A DNA stretch of 64,000 nucleotides from Bacteroidota bacterium (GTDB lineage Bacteria > Bacteroidota > Bacteroidia > Bacteroidales > VadinHA17): assembly GCA_022703405.1 (NCBI GenBank), contig JAKLDT010000002.1, positions 244-64,243 on the forward strand, in the 5' to 3' direction. The notes under the pieces are model-generated. The model was given only the letters and a program-made list of their open reading frames with translations. It was not told where the DNA came from and did no database searches. A program made the position numbers and the translations under genes. Positions 17,171 through 26,834 of this stretch are shown one piece after another. How positions within the stretch are numbered: position 1 is the first letter of the stretch; every line of letters starts with the position of its first letter.

Positions 17171-19837
17171 TCACAAAGAGAACCAGTAATTCAGCTTGAC
17201 AAGGAAAACATTATTCGGAAAAACATCCTTCAGCTGTTTATAAGATTCACTGAAAGAAGCAGAAGATTTTTCATTACTGCCGGTTCTTTCGGCTGACCAT
17301 ACAAAATAAATAAATGATCCAAGTCGATATTCCCACTTCGCTACAAAATTAGATCTGAACTGATGGAAATTAAAGTCGGGATCAGACATGGAATAATCAG
17401 TTACCATGTCATTGTCCTCATCAAGTCTTATGCTTCCGTCGGCAGCCTCATCCCATGAGTATTCTGAAAACCTGCTGTTATATGATTTTGCTTCGGGATC
17501 AGTAACATATTTAAATGAAGAGTATGTACCTCTTGAAATGAAGGGGCTGCCGTAATACTGAATCGAAAATTCAGGAGTTACATTAAGGTTAATCCTTAAG
17601 GTCATTCCTACAGTATTCTGATCTATTGACCCGAGAATATACCTGTTTGCAGACTGGTATCCCATTGTTGTAATATACTGCAGTTCATTCAGATTTTTTT
17701 CATAATCGGCTGAGATGTTGATTTTCAGGTTCCTCAGGGGGCGCAGAGTAATTCCGGGACTAAGCTGGTATCGGCTCATCGAAGAATTGCCTCCATATTC
17801 ATAGCTGTATTCAATACCGGCGGATACTGTTTTTGAATAATCAGTCCTTACTGATCCGAAAGAATAAAGATTATATGGCATCAGCAGGTCATAACCCCCT
17901 CTGAGGGCTTTTGTATCAATGGCCTCTGAATGATATATGGCATTAAGGTTTACTGACCACTGGTTCTTTAATTCTGAATTGAATGCAAGATGACCTCCTG
18001 TTCCAAGGAAACGCCCCTCAAAATTCCAGGTATTGAACTGCTCAAGATTAACTTTATATGTCCTGAAAACGGACACAGGCTTATTTACGAAATAACCTAT
18101 TTCATTTTCATTGTTTATCTCATCCGCAGTCTGCATGTAACCAATATCGTTCAGTTCAAGTCCGGGTGACAGCATTGTGATGCCTGATGAGTATCTCCAG
18201 AATCCCTTCGCTCCCTTTCCGATCCTGAGTTTAGCACCATATCCCGATAAAGATGTCTTCGAAGTATCATAACTCAGATAATCAATTCCCGGCCGTTGAA
18301 AATATCTGGCTGATGATTCCTGCAAACGTGCAATAGACCTGCTTGAACCATTAAGATAACTGCCGAGCACTTTTGCTTCAACAAAGAATTCCTTGTCATT
18401 CCATTGATGTAAAAAATCCAGGCCTCCGGTAAAGGCATTATCTGTCAGGAAATCAAGCTGAGCCTCATCAAGCTTTCTGTTTACCGACGTTACAATACCT
18501 CCCAGTGTTGTTGTAGCTCCGTTATAACCTTTCTGTATTCTGGCGACAGTATAGTTTGTCAGCGGTTCAACTTTCACATGACTTCTGATACCATTTTCAT
18601 CAATTACAGATGCAAACTCGTTTGCGGTAACACTCTGCATTACACCCACGGAAAGTTCATCAGACGTTGTTCCGCTCAGTTTCACGGCGCTCAGGATATT
18701 TGTCATCTCCGGTGATTTAACATAATTATTTCCGGTTTCAGGAACCGAATAAGATGGTGAATGTCCGATACGCCTTGAATAAAAAAGACTCTGATTATCA
18801 AATTCATAATTGAATATTGTACGGCCTTCAAGGAAGAAGGGTCTTTTCTCTTCGTAGAATGTTTCAAAAGCTGTAAGGTTCATAACTGAAGGATCCGACT
18901 CTACCTGTCCGAAATCGGGATTCACAGTCATGTCGACAGTGAAATTACTTGATATACCGATCTTTGCATCAAGACCTGCATTTCCCATCCAGCTTTGTCC
19001 GGATTTCCTGAAAGGATTATCGGGTAATTTTTCTGATATCTTAAGTCCGCCTGAAGCGTAAGGCATTATTTCAAGCCTCTGCGACTTTTTTAATCCTTTT
19101 ATACCTCGTAACTCCCCATAATTATAAAGCACTCCGGCAGTTGTCCTGGTCTGATATTCCCAGTCACTCTCTTCCTGAAAGCGGTTAATCCATCTCCAGA
19201 TATGCAAGCCCCATACCTGTTCATCTTCCCTGCTGAAGCGAAGCTGGCTTAAAGGGATTTCGAATTCAGCAACCCAGGCAGAATCTTCCAGTCCGGTTTT
19301 TCCTTTCCACACAGCATTCCAGTTGATGTCGATTTTCTCAGGATTAGTAAGGATAAGATCCATTTTCTGACCCCATGCAGACAGGTTAAACTCGAATCCT
19401 GTTTTGTGGTCGTGATAACTGTCAAAATTGAATCCGACCATATCTCCGCTGAACTCATCCCGCAAACCTGAATATCTCTGAATCTTATCAGGCTCGCCGT
19501 CAAAAGCCCTTATTGCTCCATAAACGTATTTATCATCATACAGAAGGATGAATTCGGTTGGCCAGGAAGGAGTCGCGCCTTCTTCAGGTATGAACTCATG
19601 AAAATCACCTGCCCAGGTACCTGTTTTCCAGCACTCATCATCCAGTCTGCCATCAATTACAGGTTTTTCAGTTGAAAGTCTTTTTGTATAATATACAGGT
19701 TGTTTTCTCCCTGCGTGCGATTTTAAAGTATCCTGCAAGGCCTGTGAATTTTTAGATGAAGAATACAATGCTCCATTTGAAAAAATCAGAATAAGGGCAA
19801 TAATACAGGTCTTTGTCAGAAAAGAAGTACGATCCAT
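17171..19837 (-). CDS. CBM9-like / DUF5916-family outer-membrane protein
   Basis: 888 aa. Signal peptide. The N-terminal PVIDGRLDDECWKTGTWAGDFHEFIPEEG...ILLYDDKYVYGAIRAFD resembles a carbohydrate-binding family 9 domain, followed by a long beta-rich region. Confidence 0.6.
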   Translation of the reverse strand: MDRTSFLTKTCIIALILIFSNGALYSSSKNSQALQDTLKSHAGRKQPVYYTKRLSTEKPVIDGRLDDECWKTGTWAGDFHEFIPEEGATPSWPTEFILLYDDKYVYGAIRAFDGEPDKIQRYSGLRDEFSGDMVGFNFDSYHDHKTGFEFNLSAWGQKMDLILTNPEKIDINWNAVWKGKTGLEDSAWVAEFEIPLSQLRFSREDEQVWGLHIWRWINRFQEESDWEYQTRTTAGVLYNYGELRGIKGLKKSQRLEIMPYASGGLKISEKLPDNPFRKSGQSWMGNAGLDAKIGISSNFTVDMTVNPDFGQVESDPSVMNLTAFETFYEEKRPFFLEGRTIFNYEFDNQSLFYSRRIGHSPSYSVPETGNNYVKSPEMTNILSAVKLSGTTSDELSVGVMQSVTANEFASVIDENGIRSHVKVEPLTNYTVARIQKGYNGATTTLGGIVTSVNRKLDEAQLDFLTDNAFTGGLDFLHQWNDKEFFVEAKVLGSYLNGSSRSIARLQESSARYFQRPGIDYLSYDTSKTSLSGYGAKLRIGKGAKGFWRYSSGITMLSPGLELNDIGYMQTADEINNENEIGYFVNKPVSVFRTYKVNLEQFNTWNFEGRFLGTGGHLAFNSELKNQWSVNLNAIYHSEAIDTKALRGGYDLLMPYNLYSFGSVRTDYSKTVSAGIEYSYEYGGNSSMSRYQLSPGITLRPLRNLKINISADYEKNLNELQYITTMGYQSANRYILGSIDQNTVGMTLRINLNVTPEFSIQYYGSPFISRGTYSSFKYVTDPEAKSYNSRFSEYSWDEAADGSIRLDEDNDMVTDYSMSDPDFNFHQFRSNFVAKWEYRLGSFIYFVWSAERTGSNEKSSASFSESYKQLKDVFPNNVFLVKLNYWFSL

Positions 19838-19915
19838 CGTGAAACTTAATAATCTCTAAAAATAGAGCATATACCTACAGGTAAATTATTTGCAAGTGTT
19901 AATAAATGTGAAATC

Positions 19916-19946
19916 TGCAATAAACAAAACCAGTTATTGCATTTTT
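19916..19946. terminator. Possible hairpin terminator between the MFS gene and the DUF5916 gene
   Basis: An 8-bp stem tgcaataa/ttattgca (19916-19923 / 19934-19941) with a 10-nt loop. The T5 run lies on the + strand only, so the signal is weak for the minus-strand genes. Confidence 0.3.
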
Positions 19947-19980
19947 CCGAAAGCAACCCTGATAATCTGACAGGCTGAAG

Positions 19981-21300
19981 TCAGTTAACCTCTGATTCTG
20001 ATGCGTTCTGGATTCCCTCTGCAACTTCGGGAATTATCCCCATTTTGACATAGATGGGATGTACAAGTTGCTTCAGTTCAGGCAGCTTACGAAGAAAGAC
20101 AAGCGCACCAGCAACAGAAAGTACTCCTCCTGTAAGAATAGTAAACGGGGTACCAATAACCTTTGCCAGCCAGCCGGCCATGAGGCTTCCGAAAGGCGCG
20201 GTGCCCATTACAGCCATAGTATAGAAGCTCATCACCCTTCCCCGCTTGTCATCATCAGTAATAGTCTGGAGTATAGTATTGCTCGATGCAGCCTGAAGCA
20301 TCAGGCCCATCCCCACAAAGATCATTACAGCCATTGAAAGTAAAAAGATCCTTGAAAATGACAGAATAACAAGACCTACGCCAAATACAATCACTGCAAG
20401 CGGAATTATCCTTCCCAGTTTGAGAACATTCTCCCTTGAAGCCAGGTAAAGGGCACCTGAAAGTGCACCCAGGCCTGCGGCACTCATCAGAAAACCATAG
20501 GTATGAGAATCTCCTCCAAGAACCTCTTTGGCAAAGACCGGCATAAGTGTTGAGTAAAACATTACAAGGATATTTACAAGCCCGAGCAGCAGAATAATAT
20601 GACGTATTGGCAGAAATCCGAAAACATAGGAAAAGCCCTCTCTTATCTCTTTCCTGATATCGCTATTTTTTGCTTCAGGAGCTTTGGTGTTGACCCTCAT
20701 AAGAAGCAGGGACACTATAACACCCATAAAGCTTATTCCGTTAATAAGAAAGCAGACTCCCTCACCGGCGGCTGCAAGCAGCGCGCCAGCTATTGAGGGT
20801 CCTATCAGACGGGCTCCATTGAACATCAACGAGTTAAGGGCTATGGCATTGCCAAGATCCTCCTTCTTCTCCACCATTTCTATTACAAAGGAATGCCGTG
20901 CAGGAACATCAAAGGTATTAATACAGCCTATAACGAAACTAAGCAGGATTATATGCCATACCTGAATGCTTCCCGAAAGAACAAGCCAGGCAAGCAGAAA
21001 GGCATGAATCATGGAAAGAACCTGCGACCATATAAGAACATGGTATCTGTTCCATCTGTCAGTAATGACTCCGGCAAACGGAGAAAGTACCAGGGAAGGA
21101 ATCTGTCCGGCAAAACCCGATATTCCAAGAAGCATTGCCGAACCAGTCATACGGTAAACAAGCCATGGAACGGCTATACGTTGCATCCATGTACCTATAA
21201 GTGAAATGCTCTGCCCGTAGAAGAAAAGTCTGTAATTCCTGTATCCAAGAGAACGGAATATTGTTTTAAACCTGAATATGTATGATAAGTCACCGGTCAC
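19981..21300 (-). CDS. MFS transporter (MFS_3 / enterobactin-exporter-like)
   Basis: 439 aa, about 12 TM segments. N-terminus FRSLGYRNYRLFFYGQSISLIGTWMQRIAVPWLVY. The start is GTG, so it is uncertain. Confidence 0.8.
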   Translation of the reverse strand: MTGDLSYIFRFKTIFRSLGYRNYRLFFYGQSISLIGTWMQRIAVPWLVYRMTGSAMLLGISGFAGQIPSLVLSPFAGVITDRWNRYHVLIWSQVLSMIHAFLLAWLVLSGSIQVWHIILLSFVIGCINTFDVPARHSFVIEMVEKKEDLGNAIALNSLMFNGARLIGPSIAGALLAAAGEGVCFLINGISFMGVIVSLLLMRVNTKAPEAKNSDIRKEIREGFSYVFGFLPIRHIILLLGLVNILVMFYSTLMPVFAKEVLGGDSHTYGFLMSAAGLGALSGALYLASRENVLKLGRIIPLAVIVFGVGLVILSFSRIFLLSMAVMIFVGMGLMLQAASSNTILQTITDDDKRGRVMSFYTMAVMGTAPFGSLMAGWLAKVIGTPFTILTGGVLSVAGALVFLRKLPELKQLVHPIYVKMGIIPEVAEGIQNASESEVN

Positions 21301-21313
21301 TTAAAAATAATTA

Positions 21314-21703
21314 TTAAGATCCTCTGATCATCCGGCAAATATAAGGAAGGAAAATAATAAGACCTGCAATTACTGAGGCAAGGGCTGAAATAAGAACTGC
21401 AGCGGCAGCCATATCCTTTGCTTTTTTTACTTTTTCATTTTGCCCTGGAGATATAAGGTCAGCCAGTTGTTCCAGAGATGTATTAATGGCTTCGGAAATC
21501 ATTACAAGAGCTGAAACAACAATCACGGCTATCCATTCTGCCGGAGATATTCCAAAAAGGAATCCGGCTGCAAGCACCAGAATAAATACAAAAAGGTGTA
21601 TACGGAAATTATGCTCGTTTAATATCAGGTCAGCAAGACCGGTGAAAGCGAAGCGAAACGACCTGATTCTGTCAGTAATGCTGAATTTTTTCCTTTGTTG
21701 CAT
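21314..21703 (-). CDS. dgkA: Diacylglycerol/undecaprenol kinase (DgkA family)
   Basis: SFRFAFTGL...EHNFRIH...SEAINTSLEQLADL...AKDMAAAAVL motifs. The start is set to the in-frame ATG at 21703 to avoid overlapping the upstream gene. Confidence 0.8.
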   Translation of the reverse strand: MQQRKKFSITDRIRSFRFAFTGLADLILNEHNFRIHLFVFILVLAAGFLFGISPAEWIAVIVVSALVMISEAINTSLEQLADLISPGQNEKVKKAKDMAAAAVLISALASVIAGLIIFLPYICRMIRGS

Positions 21704-21714
21704 CGTAGGTTCAA

Positions 21715-22464
21715 TTAACCTGTGCAAATCTTTTGCCTTAGCTCCTTCAGTCTGGCAGTATCGAAACCTGCTGATGACAGGTAGCCCTCAATTCCATTAT
21801 AATGCATCTGGACCCTGTCGATTACCGAGTTTATGTTCCGTTCCTTCACTGCAACAATCTGAAGCATCTGTTCAGCAGGAAATCTTCCAAGTGTCAGGAT
21901 TTTTCTTATCCTCATCATTTTCCTGAACCACGGCAGCAGTTCATCGTTTGATCTCAGAAAATCGTTTCTTATCTGTTCTTTGTCAGCCCCAAGGGCAAGC
22001 AACAGAAGGGCAATAATTATTCCTGTCCTGTCCTTGCCGGCCTGACAATGAACAAGAATGGGTGCGGCATCTTCATTAATAATAAGTTCGACAAGCCTTC
22101 TGAATACCGGAGCGGCGGCATCCAGGATCTCAAGATACAGCTGGTTTGAGATGTCTGCAAGTATCTGCTCTGACCCTTTCCTGTATATGTAAGGCTTTAT
22201 CCTTTCACGTGTTTTATTCTGAAAATCGAGAGAAAGAGTGATCCTGTCAATCCCGGCTATTTTCTTTTTGAAGCGCCTGGCTTCCTGCGGGGTACGCAGG
22301 TCGATAATCGTCCGGATATTCAAATCCCGTAGCAGTTTAATATCCTTCCCGGAAATACTATCCACAGTTGCAGATCTGAACAGGAGTCCCTCCTGTATTT
22401 TTCCGCATCCGTTAATACTAATACCCCCAATATCCCTGAAATTTCTGACAGATTCAATTCTCAT
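21715..22464 (-). CDS. Tyrosine-protein phosphatase (Y_phosphatase3-like, CX5R)
   Basis: Active-site HCQAGKDRTG. N-terminus MRIESVRNFRDIGG. The in-frame ATG at 22464 lies 1 nt after the upstream stop, and the longer track ORF overlaps the upstream gene. Confidence 0.75.
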   Translation of the reverse strand: MRIESVRNFRDIGGISINGCGKIQEGLLFRSATVDSISGKDIKLLRDLNIRTIIDLRTPQEARRFKKKIAGIDRITLSLDFQNKTRERIKPYIYRKGSEQILADISNQLYLEILDAAAPVFRRLVELIINEDAAPILVHCQAGKDRTGIIIALLLLALGADKEQIRNDFLRSNDELLPWFRKMMRIRKILTLGRFPAEQMLQIVAVKERNINSVIDRVQMHYNGIEGYLSSAGFDTARLKELRQKICTG

Positions 22465-22465
22465 A

Positions 22466-23881
22466 TCAGCAGATCCTTTTATACTCAACACCGGTAAGTC
22501 TCGCAAGCTTTTCAATTGCTGAGGCTTTCTTTCCCATACCAATCGCACAATGATGTGAAGGTCCGGCTTTTGACCAGTTGTCAATAAAATCCCGGGCGCT
22601 TATTGTAAACCTGTACCTGCTGTTTGTATTTCCGATCTGAAGGGTTGGACCATCAACTGATTCCCCCTCAGCTGCAAGGAGCGTCACCTTTCCGTCGCCG
22701 CTTTCGCATACTGAAAGAATAGTGACAGGCCCGTTTGCAACTTTCATCTGTATCGATAAACCCTTACCGGGTTTGCCGTGGAAAACCGGCAGGGGAACAA
22801 GTCCCACTTTTCCTTCTGCTATCCGGAAGTGTGCAGGTCCGTCATGACCAAGCAGCACAATATCATCATTAAAATCAACTCCGTAAAATTCTGAAAATGA
22901 ACCGCCTGCATTAAGAGTATCCAGTATTTTCATGGCAAGAACATTCTTTATCTCACATTCACCGGCAGCAGGGATATTATTTCCTGTCAGAAGAGTCATC
23001 CCGGGGATAAGGGTTGTAACTATCTTTTCATATCCCGGATCTCCGTCTCCCTCATAGTAATAAGCCAGGGCGCCCAGCCTGAATTTTTCGGTCAGCCTGT
23101 CGAGAGCGACTGAAGTTTTTGCAGCGTCATCAATATCTGTTTCTGAACAAGCGGCCGAAACATCAAACCAGGTTTTGAACTGTCTGATTTTGGCATCAAG
23201 TTCCTGTTTCTGTAAATTATCTCTCAGACTTTTAAGTGTGCCGAATTCAATGAGTTCAAAATGAGAACCAAATGCGGCAGCAAGTTTTGTGACATCGCTG
23301 TATACATCAAGCATGCCGTTGTAATAATGCCCCATCACTCCAACCCTGCAGGCCATCATTTCTTTTCTTGCCGCGGAGGCTTCAAGCCACTCATTAATTT
23401 CTTTCCATACGTACTCCTCTTCAAGGTACCCTGAAATCAGATGATATTTTATTCCTGCCCTGTTAAATACGCTTGCAAGTTCCGGAGTCACACAACTCTG
23501 ACAGAAGGAGAGCCATTCTCCGGTCATCCTGCCTCTGTCGCCCATCGAATTGAACCTTGCATAATCAATAGCCCTTTCAGGTTGCAGGTTCAAAACTATA
23601 ACCGGACAGTTAATCCTCTGAATAACAGGCAATACGGTGTGAGAGAGCGCATAAGTTGATATGTTAAGGAAAACAATATCAACCTCTGATGAATTGAAAA
23701 GTGCTGATGCTCCGATGGCTTTATCGACATTATCAACAATGCCGGCATTGATTACGGCGGCACCATTATTTCCAAGTTTCTCAGCTATTCTCTCCTGATA
23801 AGCTGTCAGCTTTCCGAGAAGTCCTTCAAACTGACCCCAGTAGGTATCAAGACCTATACCGAATAATCCTGCTTTTATCAT
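22466..23881 (-). CDS. L-arabinose/L-fucose isomerase-family protein
   Basis: 471 aa. The N-terminal MIKAGLFGIGLDTYWGQFEGL and overall layout resemble AraA/FucI-like sugar isomerases. The assignment is at family level only. Confidence 0.55.
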   Translation of the reverse strand: MIKAGLFGIGLDTYWGQFEGLLGKLTAYQERIAEKLGNNGAAVINAGIVDNVDKAIGASALFNSSEVDIVFLNISTYALSHTVLPVIQRINCPVIVLNLQPERAIDYARFNSMGDRGRMTGEWLSFCQSCVTPELASVFNRAGIKYHLISGYLEEEYVWKEINEWLEASAARKEMMACRVGVMGHYYNGMLDVYSDVTKLAAAFGSHFELIEFGTLKSLRDNLQKQELDAKIRQFKTWFDVSAACSETDIDDAAKTSVALDRLTEKFRLGALAYYYEGDGDPGYEKIVTTLIPGMTLLTGNNIPAAGECEIKNVLAMKILDTLNAGGSFSEFYGVDFNDDIVLLGHDGPAHFRIAEGKVGLVPLPVFHGKPGKGLSIQMKVANGPVTILSVCESGDGKVTLLAAEGESVDGPTLQIGNTNSRYRFTISARDFIDNWSKAGPSHHCAIGMGKKASAIEKLARLTGVEYKRIC

Positions 23882-23890
23882 CTTTAGATA

Positions 23891-24790
23891 TTACTTTTTC
23901 ACCTCCCATCCATAATCAATATACTTCCAGCTGATATCATTTTTCCCTGCAGTAAGAAGAAGATATCCTTCTTCTGTTCCGTTCACCGGACCGTTCCACC
24001 ATCCTGAAGACACAGCACCGCCGGTAATGAAATGGATTCCGTCAATATAAATATCCTCGAGTGAATGCAGATGCCCCTGCAGCACAAGTTTGAGATTGTA
24101 ATCATTGAAAAGGTCAAGCACCTCCTTGCCATTGTATATCACAGCTGATGAATCATTTGCAACGGTGGTTCCGACATATTTCTGAGTATTGGCTGTAATA
24201 AACGGAATATGAGTGCTTAACACTATCGGAGTTTCCTTGGCTGTTGAAGCAAGCTCCTTTTTTATCCATTCAATCTGTGCATCATCTATCCTGCCAATAT
24301 ACCTGTCCTTTCCGGTATCCTCAACAGAGTTCAGGATCATGAATTTCCAACCTTTATGATCAAATGAGGTATAAGGATAGCCGAACCTTTTTTCAAACAT
24401 TTTCTCTCCATATTCCGGATTCTGAGGATCAGCGCCGCTTTTTGTATATATTCCATATATCTCATGATTCCCCATGGTGGTGAACACCGGCATTTTAAAA
24501 CTACCGGATGTACTTTTGTAAAGATTATAGAGTGAATCAGCCATAGTATATCGCTGAGCAAGTGCATCCATTACAAGATCACCTCCTGTTATAACGAAGT
24601 CAGGTTTCAGTTCGTTCACTGATTTAATAGCCTGGCTGAATCCTGCAATGGCATTCCTTTCGTATGTAAGATGGATATCTGTCATGAAGGCAAAAGTGAA
24701 CGATTTATCATCATCTTTTCTTTTGCATGAGGTAGCTAGGATAACACCTGTAATAAGAGCAGCTGCAATATAAAGGGAGAATTTTTTCAT
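23891..24790 (-). CDS. Calcineurin-like metallophosphoesterase, lipoprotein
   Basis: Lipoprotein signal ILATSCKRKDD. Motifs DIH, GGDLVMD, GNHE and GHLH. Confidence 0.8.
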   Translation of the reverse strand: MKKFSLYIAAALITGVILATSCKRKDDDKSFTFAFMTDIHLTYERNAIAGFSQAIKSVNELKPDFVITGGDLVMDALAQRYTMADSLYNLYKSTSGSFKMPVFTTMGNHEIYGIYTKSGADPQNPEYGEKMFEKRFGYPYTSFDHKGWKFMILNSVEDTGKDRYIGRIDDAQIEWIKKELASTAKETPIVLSTHIPFITANTQKYVGTTVANDSSAVIYNGKEVLDLFNDYNLKLVLQGHLHSLEDIYIDGIHFITGGAVSSGWWNGPVNGTEEGYLLLTAGKNDISWKYIDYGWEVKK

Positions 24791-24904
24791 TTTAAAAAAA
24801 CTTATTGGTTAATCCTCAAAAATAATAAGAATATATGCCACTCTGACATTGAATGGATTAAAATCAAAATAATTGCTACTTTCGTTACAAAAGAGCGATT
24901 CTGA

Positions 24905-25282
24905 ATGATCAAGACGATTCTTCTTGTCGGAACAGGCGGATTTATCGGCAGTGTTTCGCGTTACCTGCTTTCAAGGTTTATGCAGGCAAGCTTCCCCTCT
25001 GCCTTTCCTTTAGGTACTTTTGCAGTAAACATCCTTGGCTGCCTGCTGATAGGGCTGATATACGGCCTCTCGGAAAAGAGCACAGCCATTACAATGGGAT
25101 GGAGATTATTCCTGGCTGTTGGCTTCTGCGGCGGATTCACAACATTTTCAACCTTTGCCAACGAGAACCTTGCTTTGCTCAGGGACGGAGAGTTCCTGTA
25201 TTTCTTTCTCTACACAGGTTTAAGTGTTCTGCTGGGGATTGCAGCCACTTTTTTTGGAGTGATAATCACTAAAATTTTCTGA
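24905..25282 (+). CDS. crcB: Fluoride ion channel CrcB/FluC
   Basis: 125 aa, 4 TM segments. Motifs GTGGFIGSVSRY and GFCGGFTTFSTF. Confidence 0.9.
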   Translation: MIKTILLVGTGGFIGSVSRYLLSRFMQASFPSAFPLGTFAVNILGCLLIGLIYGLSEKSTAITMGWRLFLAVGFCGGFTTFSTFANENLALLRDGEFLYFFLYTGLSVLLGIAATFFGVIITKIF

Positions 25283-25284
25283 AA

Positions 25285-25638
25285 ATGAAAGCCGGTGACA
25301 AAGCTAAAAGACTGAGGATATATATAAGCTCTACTGATAAGTATGAGCATAGCCCTCTGTATGAAGTAATTGTATATGCTGCCCGTGAAAAAGGGATTGC
25401 AGGGGCCACAGTTCTGAGGGGAATTATGGGTTATGGCTCAAGCAGTGAGGTATATACATCCAAACTATGGGAAATAACGGAAAAAGTACCCCTTGTTGTT
25501 GATATTGTTGATGACCCGGTGAAAATCAGTGCACTTCTTGAGGCACTGGAACCAATTTTCAAAAAAAGCGGGAAAGGTCATATTGTAACTGAAGAGGAGA
25601 CAACTATACTGCTGCACAGGACCGGAATTAAGAAGTGA
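25285..25638 (+). CDS. DUF190 (PII-like) protein commonly paired with crcB
   Basis: 117 aa with RLRIYISSTDKYEHSPLYEVIV...ATVLRGIMGYG. The gap to crcB is 2 nt. Confidence 0.8.
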   Translation: MKAGDKAKRLRIYISSTDKYEHSPLYEVIVYAAREKGIAGATVLRGIMGYGSSSEVYTSKLWEITEKVPLVVDIVDDPVKISALLEALEPIFKKSGKGHIVTEEETTILLHRTGIKK

Positions 25639-25699
25639 TTGGGTGATTGTGACCGCAAGACTGCAAGACCACAAGACTGCAAGACCGCAAGACCAGAAC
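25636..25699 (+). repeat. Degenerate tandem array with an exact 8-nt period, starting at the DUF190 stop codon
   Basis: Units are tgattggg, tgattgtg, accgcaag, actgcaag, accacaag, actgcaag, accgcaag, accagaac. The caag tetramer recurs at 25656, 25664, 25672, 25680 and 25688. Confidence 0.85.
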
Positions 25700-25733
25700 A
25701 AAGTGAACAGATTGTCAATCTTATTAAACAAAA

Positions 25734-26834
25734 ATGAATTCAAAAGAAAGGGTATTGAGGGCTTTCAGGAAGAAAGAGGGCAATCCTGACAGGATTCCTG
25801 TTCAGTTTGATCTCTGCAGGCAGCATATTGAAGCCTTCGGGAAAAAGCTCGGTATAGAACCTGATTATGCCCTGTCGTATTACGAGGATCTGACTTACAG
25901 GATCTCGGCCAACGAAATAAGGACAAGAATGGGCAGCGACGTGGTTGTTGTTGGAGGAACAGTCCCTCATGGCTATAAACCTGTTCCTGTATCAGGAGAC
26001 ATAACTCTCAATGAGTTCGGCATGCACATGAAACCGACTTCACTCTATGTTGAAGTTGTAAAATGTCCCCTTGACAACATCAGCACTGTTAAGGAAGTTG
26101 CGGATTATAAGTTCCCGGATCCTTTTGCATCAGGAAGATTTGACAAGGCTAAAAGAGACATTGACAGATTTGCAGAAAGCTATTTTGTAATCGGGGATGT
26201 TGAGATATCCCTTTTTGAAATGGCATGGCATCTTACAGGGCTTGAGAAGTACATGGTTGGAATGATGTGCGAAGAACCATGGATTGAAGCTTTAAACGAC
26301 TGCGTAGAAGAATGGAGCACCGGACTTGCCCTTCAGCTTGTACGGGCAGGAGTTGATGCAATATGGTTTGGGGAGGATCTGGGAAGCCAGACCTCAACGC
26401 TGATTTCGCCTGATGAATGGAGAGTACGATTCAAACCAAGGCATAAAAGGATGATTGACAAACTAAAGAAGGAAAATCCTGATCTGATTATTATTATGCA
26501 TTCTGACGGGGCTGTTGCTCCTCTTATAGATGATTTCATTGAACTTGGCATTGAAGTCTACAATCCTGTTCAGCCCAACGTTGAAGGATCTGACCCTCAG
26601 GAGCTTAAAGACAGATATGGCGACAGGATAAGCTTTTTCGGAGGCATCGATCAGCAGCTTCTTCTGCCATCCGGTGATGTACCTGTAATACGTAAAGAAA
26701 TAGAAAGAAGAATACGTATACTTGGAAAGGAAAGGGGATATCTTCTGGCACCGGCTCATATAATCCAGACCGATGTAACAACTGTTACAATTGAAGAGAT
26801 GATAAAAGCTGCAAGGGAGCTTGGAGCTTACTGA
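25734..26834 (+). CDS. Uroporphyrinogen-decarboxylase (URO-D) family protein
   Basis: 366 aa. The N-terminal ERVLRAFRKKEGNPDRIPV and the C-terminal GGIDQQ...GYLLAPAHIIQ are typical of URO-D/MtaA-like TIM barrels. Confidence 0.7.
   Translation: MNSKERVLRAFRKKEGNPDRIPVQFDLCRQHIEAFGKKLGIEPDYALSYYEDLTYRISANEIRTRMGSDVVVVGGTVPHGYKPVPVSGDITLNEFGMHMKPTSLYVEVVKCPLDNISTVKEVADYKFPDPFASGRFDKAKRDIDRFAESYFVIGDVEISLFEMAWHLTGLEKYMVGMMCEEPWIEALNDCVEEWSTGLALQLVRAGVDAIWFGEDLGSQTSTLISPDEWRVRFKPRHKRMIDKLKKENPDLIIIMHSDGAVAPLIDDFIELGIEVYNPVQPNVEGSDPQELKDRYGDRISFFGGIDQQLLLPSGDVPVIRKEIERRIRILGKERGYLLAPAHIIQTDVTTVTIEEMIKAARELGAY

Noticed and set aside
24791-24904. Possible fluoride (crcB-motif) riboswitch upstream of crcB
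   Set aside because: The 114-nt leader is AT-rich. It lacks the conserved GGNGATG...CTGATGAT core and the pseudoknot-forming segments, and I see no convincing stem architecture. crcB seems to lack a riboswitch here.
25636-25699. Short-period arrays (also 33126-33160, 38240-38295, 40930-40974, 52357-52430) as CRISPR arrays
   Set aside because: The units are 7-10 nt and directly abut one another with no unique spacers. The copies are degenerate, and there are no cas genes in the window. These are tandem repeats, not CRISPR.
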